Assembly: GCA_964354065.1 (NCBI GenBank)
Contig: CAYGYF010000001.1
Location: forward strand, 1 to 42,096
Source: an uncultured Dehalococcoidia bacterium
GTDB taxonomy: Bacteria; Chloroflexota; Dehalococcoidia; SM23-28-2
Length of the DNA: 42,096 bases
Direction of reading: 5' to 3'
In this document: positions 23,708-31,420 of the stretch, piece after piece
Position numbering within the stretch: the first letter of the stretch is position 1
How the letters are laid out: every line of letters begins with the position of its first letter
Notes under the pieces: generated by a model
What the model saw: only the letters and a program-made list of their open reading frames with translations
Told to the model about the DNA's origin: nothing
The model's database searches: none
Made by a program: the position numbers and the translations under genes

Positions 23708-26700
23708 CTACCAATCAACGCCCACGACGCCCGGCTGGGTCGTCACGGTTGCGTAGCAGTTGCCCACAACCTTCGCGTACCCGAACCGGCTCATCGCCGA
23801 CTCAGACTCGCAGAAAGTCCCGTCCGCCACGAACGGCGTGGTGACGTAGAGGGGGATGAACGGGCAGAAGATCGTGCCCGCGTCCGGCCACTCTGGGCCC
23901 TTGCGCCCGAGGAGCAGAAGGTCGGTCGGGAAGAAGTCGGCATCGCAGCCGTACACCTTGAGAGTCGGAGAGCCCTGGATCGTGCCGATCAGGTTCAGGC
24001 CGACCTCCCAGTCTCGCGCCTCCGGGTCGCCGGTCGTGGCCACCCACGACTGCAGCGACATGAGGCGGATCAGGGCGTTCTGTCCGGCCACCACCCAGTT
24101 CGCTCGGGCGCGGCGGGTCGCTCGGATCAGGCCGTCGCCGCGGAGAATGAACTGGTAGAGCTTGCGCTCCCACTCGGTGTGGTTGGTGTAGCCGAGCAGC
24201 GGCATCGCGGTGCCGTAGTTGATGTTGCCCGCGGTGATGATGCCCGCCGGGTCCGCGGCAGTGCGCATCACGTTCAGCAGCAGCGCATTCACCTCCCTGG
24301 CGATCTCGTCGGCCATGAAGTTCACCATCTCGCTGGCGATGTTCAGGCCGAAGTCGGCCAGGATGTTCTGGCGCACCTCGGTCGACCACTCGGCCCGGAG
24401 CTTCTTGGTGTCCATGGTGATGTCGCTGTGTGAGAGGGTGAGCTTCACCTCGCGCATCGGCGACTGCTCGCTGATGTGCTGTGCGTACTCGCTCTGGAAC
24501 TGACCCGGGATGGCGGGGTCGCCGAGGCTCGGATCGTACAGGAAGTTCAGGAAGTGGACGATCCCGGTGCTGCGATTCATCGGCTGCACCGAGCACAGTT
24601 CGCGGGCGATCAGCCGCGCCCACACCTGCCGGATGATGGGCAGGATGTAGGGGACGGTCTGCGCGACCGCTGCGACGCCGGTCCACTCCATCCGGGCTCG
24701 CATATCCGGATGGAGGTGCGGCCGGAAATACACCCCGCGGTCAAGGCGAAGCATGTTCTCCGCGATCACGCGGAACTGATGCTTCTCGTTGCCGGGGTGG
24801 TAGCCGGGGAACGGGAGATTGCGGCCCATGTAAGCGACGATGGGGTCCTCGGGGTCGCTGGACGAACGGAGGCCGTTGTCCGGGAGGCCCTCGGTCAGAA
24901 GGTCGATGGCCTCCTGAATGTCGCGCGGCTTGTCGGCGTCACGGAGCTGGCCCAGCTGGAAGAGCTTGGCGCGCTCCTTGGTGACGCCCTCGCGCGAGAG
25001 CGCATCGTGCACGGGCGAGAGGCCCCTGCCGGTGGGCTGACCGTTGATCACGATCATGCCCATCTCGGTCAGGTGGCGCTGCGTCTGCTCCAGGGTCGGG
25101 GCGATCTGCACAGGGTCGGTGACCTCGCTGAGGCGGAGATCCAGGAACTTGCGGGCCGGCTCATTCCAAGCCGCGATCTCCGGGCGTTCCATGATCGCCT
25201 TGCGGGTCTCGGTCAACACCGCGGTCGTCACGCCCGCCTTCTTCTCGGCTTCCTGCTCCGAGATGAAGGTGTTGACGCGCGCCATGGTCTCCTCGACCTT
25301 GGCCAGCACGTCGCCAGTCGGCGCGGCCGCGACAACGGGCTTCGTCTCGGTCGCCACAGCAGCATCGGCCGCGGCAGGATCGCCCTCCGCCGGCTTGCCA
25401 TCACCGTTGACTTTGCCGGCCAGCGTCTCCATCACCGGCTTGAGGCCCGCGGTGATCAACTCACGCGTTTTCGCTTCGAATTCAGCCAGAGTCATTTGCT
25501 CCAGCACCTCATCGATGATCTCGCCCTGTGCGTCGTCCTCCACGCGCGTTGGGTCTGCCGCAGGCGAGACCCGCTCGCTGAAGCTCGTGACTCCGGCGCC
25601 ATCGGCGCCGGCTCCGAGCACGAAGTCCCAGCCGCCCCAGTGTTCTAGGGCGGAGGTCTCGTCAACCACCTCGACGGTTTTCCCGTCGCGCACATCCCTT
25701 TTGGTCGTCGCGAATGTCCTACTCGATACCTGGACCGGGACGCCATAGCGGATCTGTTTCTGCACGTCGAGGCCGGCCGCGGTCGGGATGATAGTCGTCT
25801 CGCCGCGCAGCCAACCCTCGGCCACGTGCAGGTTCCGCCAGGGCGTGGTCACCGTCGATGCCAACCGCGGGTAGCCGTCCGCGGGATGGTCCTGCTCGCC
25901 CAGCCATCGCCGAGCCCGCTCGGTCTGGGCCGTGCTCTCGGCCACGAGTTGGTCGGCGAGTTTCTGCGTGTAGACCCGACCGTTCTTGGTCGGCGTCCCC
26001 ACCGGCGTCAGTCGGCACTCGACCGTCATCACCGGATCGCCGCGGTCGTCGGTCGTCTCCGTCACCACCCGCAGGCCATCCCTGAGGTCGGCACGGAAGG
26101 TCTCGACGAGTTCGGTCTCCATACCGAGGGCGCGCCCGGTCGACGCAGGCACATCAGGCGTAGGCGGGGGCGTCGCGGCGGGTGAACCTGTGGGGATGGT
26201 CTGGTCGCCGGCGCGCAGGCTCACCGTGACCGGCTGCACGTTGCTCAGCACTATTGCCCCGTCGTCGCCGCGCGCCCAGACCGCGGAGTAGAGACTATCG
26301 TTCCTGCCCGACACCACGACCTGCCCGGGCCGGGTACCCTCGACGGAGCAGTAGGCGTGCTCCTCGTCGGCCCCGAACAGGGCGGCGTTATCGCGCACCG
26401 CCTTGCGCAGATCGGCGATGGTCGCCTCGTAGGTACCGGAAATGGTCACCCATGCCTCGAGCAGCGGCTCCGCGTCCCCATCGACTGGCAGGTATTCCGT
26501 GAAGGAGTCGCCGAGCCGGAAGGCCTCCTTGATGCTCGCAGGGATGTCCGTGTCCTTGACCTTCAGCCGCTTGTAGGCAGCGCGGATCTTTGCCTTCGCT
26601 CCCGCCACCGCGTCGGCCGGGAGCTGCACCTTCTGCCCGCGGAACCCACCCGGGGAGAAGGCGGCCGCGGCCCGGCCCAACTGCGCGACTGTGACTTTCG

Positions 26701-26911
26701 CGGTCGGAGACTCCCACAGGCGGAGCTTCCACTCGGAGGGTTTGTCGGGGTCTGGCGCGTAGGCATAGGCCTCCCGCGGGTATGACTCCCCGCCCTCCGT
26801 TTTGGTCGCCTCCATCGTCGGCGCGGCCTGCTCCATCAGCGCCAGGAGCCGATCGCCTTCGGCGTCCCTCGCCTCCCGTAGGCGAGCCTTGACCTTCTCT
26901 GTTCTCGTCAT
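23708..26911 (-). CDS. head polyprotein: N-terminal domain + T4 gp21-like prohead protease + scaffold-like linker + major capsid protein (1067 aa)
   Basis: Internal ATG 26911 of track ORF 23708..27199; the upstream part is R/G junk. KNGRVYTQKL, LGEQDHP and VQVSSRTFA line up with the gp21 motifs NKRLYPK, LGELNHP and GVSSRGLG. A long acidic/helical linker follows. The C-terminus has ARELCSVQPMNRSTGIVHFLNF, typical of HK97-fold/gp23-like capsid proteins. Confidence 0.75.
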   Translation of the reverse strand: MTRTEKVKARLREARDAEGDRLLALMEQAAPTMEATKTEGGESYPREAYAYAPDPDKPSEWKLRLWESPTAKVTVAQLGRAAAAFSPGGFRGQKVQLPADAVAGAKAKIRAAYKRLKVKDTDIPASIKEAFRLGDSFTEYLPVDGDAEPLLEAWVTISGTYEATIADLRKAVRDNAALFGADEEHAYCSVEGTRPGQVVVSGRNDSLYSAVWARGDDGAIVLSNVQPVTVSLRAGDQTIPTGSPAATPPPTPDVPASTGRALGMETELVETFRADLRDGLRVVTETTDDRGDPVMTVECRLTPVGTPTKNGRVYTQKLADQLVAESTAQTERARRWLGEQDHPADGYPRLASTVTTPWRNLHVAEGWLRGETTIIPTAAGLDVQKQIRYGVPVQVSSRTFATTKRDVRDGKTVEVVDETSALEHWGGWDFVLGAGADGAGVTSFSERVSPAADPTRVEDDAQGEIIDEVLEQMTLAEFEAKTRELITAGLKPVMETLAGKVNGDGKPAEGDPAAADAAVATETKPVVAAAPTGDVLAKVEETMARVNTFISEQEAEKKAGVTTAVLTETRKAIMERPEIAAWNEPARKFLDLRLSEVTDPVQIAPTLEQTQRHLTEMGMIVINGQPTGRGLSPVHDALSREGVTKERAKLFQLGQLRDADKPRDIQEAIDLLTEGLPDNGLRSSSDPEDPIVAYMGRNLPFPGYHPGNEKHQFRVIAENMLRLDRGVYFRPHLHPDMRARMEWTGVAAVAQTVPYILPIIRQVWARLIARELCSVQPMNRSTGIVHFLNFLYDPSLGDPAIPGQFQSEYAQHISEQSPMREVKLTLSHSDITMDTKKLRAEWSTEVRQNILADFGLNIASEMVNFMADEIAREVNALLLNVMRTAADPAGIITAGNINYGTAMPLLGYTNHTEWERKLYQFILRGDGLIRATRRARANWVVAGQNALIRLMSLQSWVATTGDPEARDWEVGLNLIGTIQGSPTLKVYGCDADFFPTDLLLLGRKGPEWPDAGTIFCPFIPLYVTTPFVADGTFCESESAMSRFGYAKVVGNCYATVTTQPGVVGVDW

Positions 26912-26952
26912 GTTCCTGGCCCCTTTGTGTGGGCCAGGCGTCCATCCCGCCC

Positions 26953-27147
26953 CTAGAAGCCCGGTCCTTCGGTTAGACTTCCGACCTCTCGCCACTCGAT
27001 CAACAGCGAAACCCTCAGTCCGCGGCCGTGGCCCTCGATGCTCGATAGGCTCACCACGTACGGCTCCCCGAGCTTGGCCTGCGCGCCCTCGACCGCGAGT
27101 CTCGCCACCAGCGCAATCGTCTCCCCGCCCATCGCTTCTTTCTGCAT
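26953..27147 (-). CDS. hypothetical protein (64 aa)
   Basis: ATG 27147 overlaps the upstream stop. Starts MQKEAMGGETIALVARLAVEG. Confidence 0.45.
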   Translation of the reverse strand: MQKEAMGGETIALVARLAVEGAQAKLGEPYVVSLSSIEGHGRGLRVSLLIEWREVGSLTEGPGF

Positions 27148-27377
27148 CACCCGCCCTCCTGCGGCCGCCCGATCCACTTTCCATCGCGGATAATACCACG
27201 CTTTACCGCAATGCGATAGATGGGCAAGCGTTGAAATGTGGCCAGGGACAGGCCCTGCTGCTCCAGCCAGGCAGCGAATTCCTCCGTACCGTAGGGCGGC
27301 AGATCCCAGCCCTGCTTTGTCCAGTCGGCGTTCGTGTCGACCTCGTCGAGGTTCAGATCGTAGACTTCGGCGCTCAT
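27147..27377 (-). CDS. hypothetical acidic protein (76 aa), candidate partner/immunity protein of the MuF-ART
   Basis: ATG 27377 overlaps the MuF-ART stop (ATGA). Starts MSAEVYDLNLDEVDTNADWTKQGWDLPPYGTEEF. Confidence 0.5.
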   Translation of the reverse strand: MSAEVYDLNLDEVDTNADWTKQGWDLPPYGTEEFAAWLEQQGLSLATFQRLPIYRIAVKRGIIRDGKWIGRPQEGG

Positions 27378-29590
27378 TTTGGTGCCGCCACCTTCGCCAT
27401 GCTGGAGATCACCTTCCCCCACGCCAAGCGTTCGTCCTTCCCCCACGCCAAGCGTTCGTCCTTCTCCAGGGACCAGATGGCGGCCGCAATCGGTTCGGAG
27501 TCGCCCGCCAGCACCACGGCCTCATATTCTCCCAGGCAGCCATATCCGCTGCGGGCCGTCCCGATGATCCGCCCGATCGGTACGTCCATCGCCATCACCA
27601 CCCCGTGGGGTGTGCCCTTCCCATAGGCGAATCCCACGGCCGTGTCGTAGTTGGCCGAGAAGGAACTCATCGGCTGGAGGTGCGGCCGCATGTTGATGCC
27701 CAGGGGTTGCATCTCCCTCTTCCCCGCCTTCACGGCGGCGGCGTTGGCCCGCTTGAACTTGTCCCAGGGAAGTCCCTTCGGCGGATGTCCCGCGTCGTAT
27801 TTCATCCCGCGGAACAGCCGCATGTGCGTGATGCCGTTTTCCTTCGCCCACTCCTGGGTGTTGTCGTGCATGGCCCGCAGGAAGGCGCGGTAGGCCTTAC
27901 CGTTCCTGCCCAGCATCTCCCCCACCTTATCCCGCATACTCGGGCTCAACGTCCTCATCCATGCCTTTTCGCCGAGGGAGAACTCCTCCCGCGCTGCGAT
28001 CTGCATAGCCAGGGCCCGCACGTCGTCGTCAGCGCTGGTCCCCGCCCATCCCTGGATAAGATCATTGACCCGCGAGAGGTGGGCGGACTGATACTGAGGG
28101 CCTGTCCCCGGCACACGCTTTACGAAGGCCTGCCAATCGGCATTCCCCTCCAGGCGTTGTGCAACCGCCTGCACCACCTTGTCCTTCTCAATCGGCGCCG
28201 CGGCGCGAATGTCCTCCCAGCCGGGCGCGGGAGTGCCCGACGTGTTGGGCAGGCCTCGGGTGAACTGGATCATCTCCTGGTCGGCCTGCCGTCGCCAGAT
28301 GGTTTCGTCGTCATTCTGCCACCGCGTCGTCGGCTTGTGCCAGGGATGAACCTCGGCAGTCGGCTCGACGGCAGCCGGCGGGGGCTCCGGCGCTGGCACC
28401 TTCGCCCGCGGAACGCGCGGCGCCTTCGCCTTCGGGATCTTCACCGCCTTGGGCCCTTTCGGGAAGACCGGCCCGGCGGCCAGCACTTCCGGCGGCGGCG
28501 GGGTCTTCGACAGCTCCAGCCAGGTCGCGGCCTTCGGCACCTCGGGGGTGATCACCTGCGCGGTCGGCGTCTCGGCGGCCGCAGCCATCGCCTCCTCGCC
28601 CATCGCCTGCGCGCGCATGCGGTCGAGGTCCTGCTCGGAGGCCACCACTCCGCAAAGGCAGTGAGGATGCAGCGGCGGCAGGTCCGGCGACGTGGCCGGG
28701 AAGAGTTTCCCCTCCCGCATGGCGCAGTCTGCGCAGGGCACCGCGGCCGTGATCCACTCCACCATCTGGACGCCCTGCCCGAGGTAGACCTGCCGGGAAC
28801 CCTCCGTCCTGGCCCGCACCGACTCCGTGCGCCCGATGCGCTCCGCCTGGTAACTGCTGAGGCCCGAGAACGTCTCCCGGATTCGCTCGCCCATCGTGAT
28901 CGTGCTGTCGCCGGCGTCGAGGCCGTCGATGATCACCTCGCGCAGCACCTGCTGATGCTCCTGCACCACGAGCACCGACAGGCGGTCGCCGTAGTAGCCG
29001 GCGTAGTCGGCCAGCGCCTTCTCGGCCGCCGGGTCCTTGAGCAGCCAGTCCGCACCGAGGCCGAGCGTCGCGGCGGCGTCCTGGGCACCGGTGAGCATCG
29101 CGCTCTCGAAGAGGCCGCGGAAGGTCTCGGCGAAGTCCGCCACGACGGTCTCGGGCATCTCGACCGCGCTCACCACCACCTGCAGCGGCGAGAGCGCCTC
29201 GAGCATCGCCTCGCCGCGCAGGGAGGCCGCCAGGGACGCCTTCTGCTCGTCAGACAGCGAGACCAGTCCCTCGATGCGTTTGCGCCACTGCCCGCGCACC
29301 AGCCTCCGATCGGCACCGGGCGTCCCGACCACCGCCCGCCAGTTCTCCCGGGCTCGCTCCACCGCCAGGTCCGACCGGAACGACGACCGGACCAGGTCGG
29401 GCAGGATCGACTGCGCCGGCATGCGCCAGACGCGCCAGAAGTGCTGCTCGTGCCCGCGCACGAGCGCGCGCGCCGCCAGCAGCATCCCGTGATGGCCGGG
29501 GAGGTCCTCAGCCTCGCGCAAGAGGCGCAGGGTAGGGATGAGCACCCGCAAGGCGCCCATTGCCTCCCGCCGCGTCACCGAACCATTCAT
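27374..29590 (-). CDS. MuF-like minor head protein fused to a C-terminal ADP-ribosyltransferase domain
   Basis: MuF signature: ERIGRTESVRARTEG ... PPLHPHCLCGVV. A Pro/Lys-rich linker follows. Then the R-S-ExE triad: MRLFRG, PMSSFSAN, GEYEAVVL. ATG 29590 has GAGGT upstream and overlaps the portal end by 83 nt. Confidence 0.75.
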   Translation of the reverse strand: MNGSVTRREAMGALRVLIPTLRLLREAEDLPGHHGMLLAARALVRGHEQHFWRVWRMPAQSILPDLVRSSFRSDLAVERARENWRAVVGTPGADRRLVRGQWRKRIEGLVSLSDEQKASLAASLRGEAMLEALSPLQVVVSAVEMPETVVADFAETFRGLFESAMLTGAQDAAATLGLGADWLLKDPAAEKALADYAGYYGDRLSVLVVQEHQQVLREVIIDGLDAGDSTITMGERIRETFSGLSSYQAERIGRTESVRARTEGSRQVYLGQGVQMVEWITAAVPCADCAMREGKLFPATSPDLPPLHPHCLCGVVASEQDLDRMRAQAMGEEAMAAAAETPTAQVITPEVPKAATWLELSKTPPPPEVLAAGPVFPKGPKAVKIPKAKAPRVPRAKVPAPEPPPAAVEPTAEVHPWHKPTTRWQNDDETIWRRQADQEMIQFTRGLPNTSGTPAPGWEDIRAAAPIEKDKVVQAVAQRLEGNADWQAFVKRVPGTGPQYQSAHLSRVNDLIQGWAGTSADDDVRALAMQIAAREEFSLGEKAWMRTLSPSMRDKVGEMLGRNGKAYRAFLRAMHDNTQEWAKENGITHMRLFRGMKYDAGHPPKGLPWDKFKRANAAAVKAGKREMQPLGINMRPHLQPMSSFSANYDTAVGFAYGKGTPHGVVMAMDVPIGRIIGTARSGYGCLGEYEAVVLAGDSEPIAAAIWSLEKDERLAWGKDERLAWGKVISSMAKVAAPK
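27417..27464 (-). repeat. perfect 24-bp tandem duplication inside the MuF-ART 3' end
   Basis: ccccacgccaagcgttcgtccttc occurs twice (27417-27440 and 27441-27464). It encodes KDERLAWG twice. Confidence 0.95.
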
Positions 29591-31127
29591 GCTCGTCTAC
29601 CTCAACGCCGCTCTCGGGCGGCGCCTCTATGCCCAGGGTCTCGCAGGCCACGACCATCAGCGCGTCGGCCATCTCCCGCAGCGACTGCCGCCGCTCCCCA
29701 GCGGGCATGGCCGCGGCGTTCGCTCCCATCGCGTCCGCGCTCGCCTTCAGCCACCGGTCCCTCTCCTCGGCGCTCGCCACCACGTACCGGTCGAGTAGCA
29801 CCTCCCTCGGAATCCCGATCAATGTGGCGATGATCTGGGCAGCCTGCGCCCGGGTCAGTTCGGTTTTCGCCTCGGCCGCGTCGTCCGTGGTCGAGACGGT
29901 CGGGAATGACAGGCCCACCGGGTTGGCCAGCGGGTCCAGGCCCCGCAGGATCAGGTGGATGGAGATGACCTTTAGGTGGCCGGCCCGGATATCGCCCTGC
30001 AGCGTGCGCACCGTACGAGCGAACTGCTTGTCCTCGTACGAGATCCCGCCGTCGCCGAGGGAGGCCCGGGCGGCCTCCTCGCCGCCCATGTTCAGGTAGC
30101 GCATCGGCACGCCGATCTTCCCGATGACCTTCGCCCGCATGTACCGCACGTCTCCGATGTTCTGGAGCTGGGCGTTGACGGGCGAGTACGGCTCCAGCCC
30201 GACCTTCGCGATCTGTACGCCGGCCGGGACCGGAATGAAGAAGTCGTCGGTAGCCACCGAGGGCGAGTCCCGCCGGGAGGTGCCGGCCGTGTTCGAGAGT
30301 TGCCGGCGCTGGCGGATAGCGTCGGTATACTCCTTGATCTGCGCCTTGATCTCGGTCGCCCCCCTCGCCGGGTCGATGGGGATGTAGTGGACGATCCTGT
30401 CGCCGGCGCGGGCGAGCCGGATCTGCACCATCCCATCCTCCTCGGCCTGCAACCGCTGCCAGTCCCGCTCACAGTCCAGGACCCCGCGGCCGTAGATGCC
30501 CTCGTCGTCGGGGCGATGCTTATAGTGAGTCACTTGCCAGTCAGCCATCGGGATGCCCGAGCCGTCCTGCTGGTAGTAGGGCCTCTGCTCCCACGGCGGG
30601 TCAAGGGGATTGCCGTACGGGTCCCGGCGAATCCACATCTGATTCTCGGGGAGAAGCTTGTACCGCGCCACCCTGGTGCCCGATGGGTCGAGCGTCACCT
30701 CGCGCATCTCGTTCCCGAACTTCAGCAGCCGCCGGGCGATGGCCCACGACTCCTCCCGCAGGTGGAGCACGTCGCACAGCAACTCGACCTCGCCCGCAGT
30801 CCGCTGGTCCTCGCAGACGATCTCGAAGGCGCTGCCCTCGCCCTCCGCGGGCGCAGTCGCGGTGTCGGCGGTGATGTCCAAGGCCTTGGAGATCAGCCCG
30901 TCCTCGCGATCCATCCGCAGCCGAAAGGCGTGCTGCTCGGCGCGGTTCTGGGAGACCGACCAGAGCTTGGCGGTCGTGCTCAGGATGTCGATGTCCAGGA
31001 CGCCGCGTTCGCCGGCTCCGAGAGTCACGACCGGAGTCAGGTCGGCGGCGCTCGCCGGGCCGGGCGTCGGCCCGAAGAGGCGCGCCAGGCGGAGCCCGAT
31101 TGATCGCTGGATGTCAGTCAGAGTCAT
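29508..31127 (-). CDS. portal protein
   Basis: Track ORF. The call rests on size, position between terminase and MuF, and the RMDREDGLISKALDITADTA segment typical of portal N-domains. Confidence 0.75.
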   Translation of the reverse strand: MTLTDIQRSIGLRLARLFGPTPGPASAADLTPVVTLGAGERGVLDIDILSTTAKLWSVSQNRAEQHAFRLRMDREDGLISKALDITADTATAPAEGEGSAFEIVCEDQRTAGEVELLCDVLHLREESWAIARRLLKFGNEMREVTLDPSGTRVARYKLLPENQMWIRRDPYGNPLDPPWEQRPYYQQDGSGIPMADWQVTHYKHRPDDEGIYGRGVLDCERDWQRLQAEEDGMVQIRLARAGDRIVHYIPIDPARGATEIKAQIKEYTDAIRQRRQLSNTAGTSRRDSPSVATDDFFIPVPAGVQIAKVGLEPYSPVNAQLQNIGDVRYMRAKVIGKIGVPMRYLNMGGEEAARASLGDGGISYEDKQFARTVRTLQGDIRAGHLKVISIHLILRGLDPLANPVGLSFPTVSTTDDAAEAKTELTRAQAAQIIATLIGIPREVLLDRYVVASAEERDRWLKASADAMGANAAAMPAGERRQSLREMADALMVVACETLGIEAPPESGVEVDEHEWFGDAAGGNGRLAGAHPYPAPLARG

Positions 31128-31242
31128 GGCAGCCTCGTTTCCCCGCCCGCGGATTCCCTACTATGTCGGTGGTCATGGTCGTGTGTGCCGTTTCCCTGCT
31201 GTTCGCGTCGAAAGTGCCGCAACTGCGCGCGACAGCGCCGCG

Positions 31243-31370
31243 CGCTGGCGCAGGGCCGTACTCCCTTCCCTAACACATCCCCTCCACATCCAGCAAGGAT
31301 ATGTCGCTAATTCTAGCGACGAGTCGGGGACATGTCCGGGAGATGTCCGCGACTTCTCCGCGACATGTCG
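31243..31370. repeat. iteron-bearing repeat element, copy 1 (52 bp identical to 41444..41495 plus phased ATGTC[CG] motifs)
   Basis: 31243-31294 is identical to 41444-41495. ATGTCG/ATGTCC motifs occur at 31301, 31332, 31343 and 31365, with spacings of 31, 11 and 22 bp. Contains the 10-bp palindrome GGACATGTCC (31328-31337) and the inverted repeat GTCGCTA-ATTC-TAGCGAC (31303-31320). Lies in a 293-bp gap between the terminase and portal genes. Confidence 0.8.
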
Positions 31371-31420
31371 GGGATAAAGTCGGCCTTTTGCACTCTCTCT
31401 GCACTCTCCCCACACTCCCA

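Noticed and set aside
26912-27199. N-terminal extension of the capsid polyprotein ORF (the track starts it at 27199). Similar upstream extensions occur in track ORFs 21094..21960, 36668..37636, 39509..40369, 40547..41248, 16452..17123 and 2780..3859.
   Set aside because: The extensions are R/G-rich junk that overlaps the preceding genes. In each case an internal ATG or GTG with a Shine-Dalgarno sequence, or a start-stop overlap with the upstream gene, gives a compact gene.
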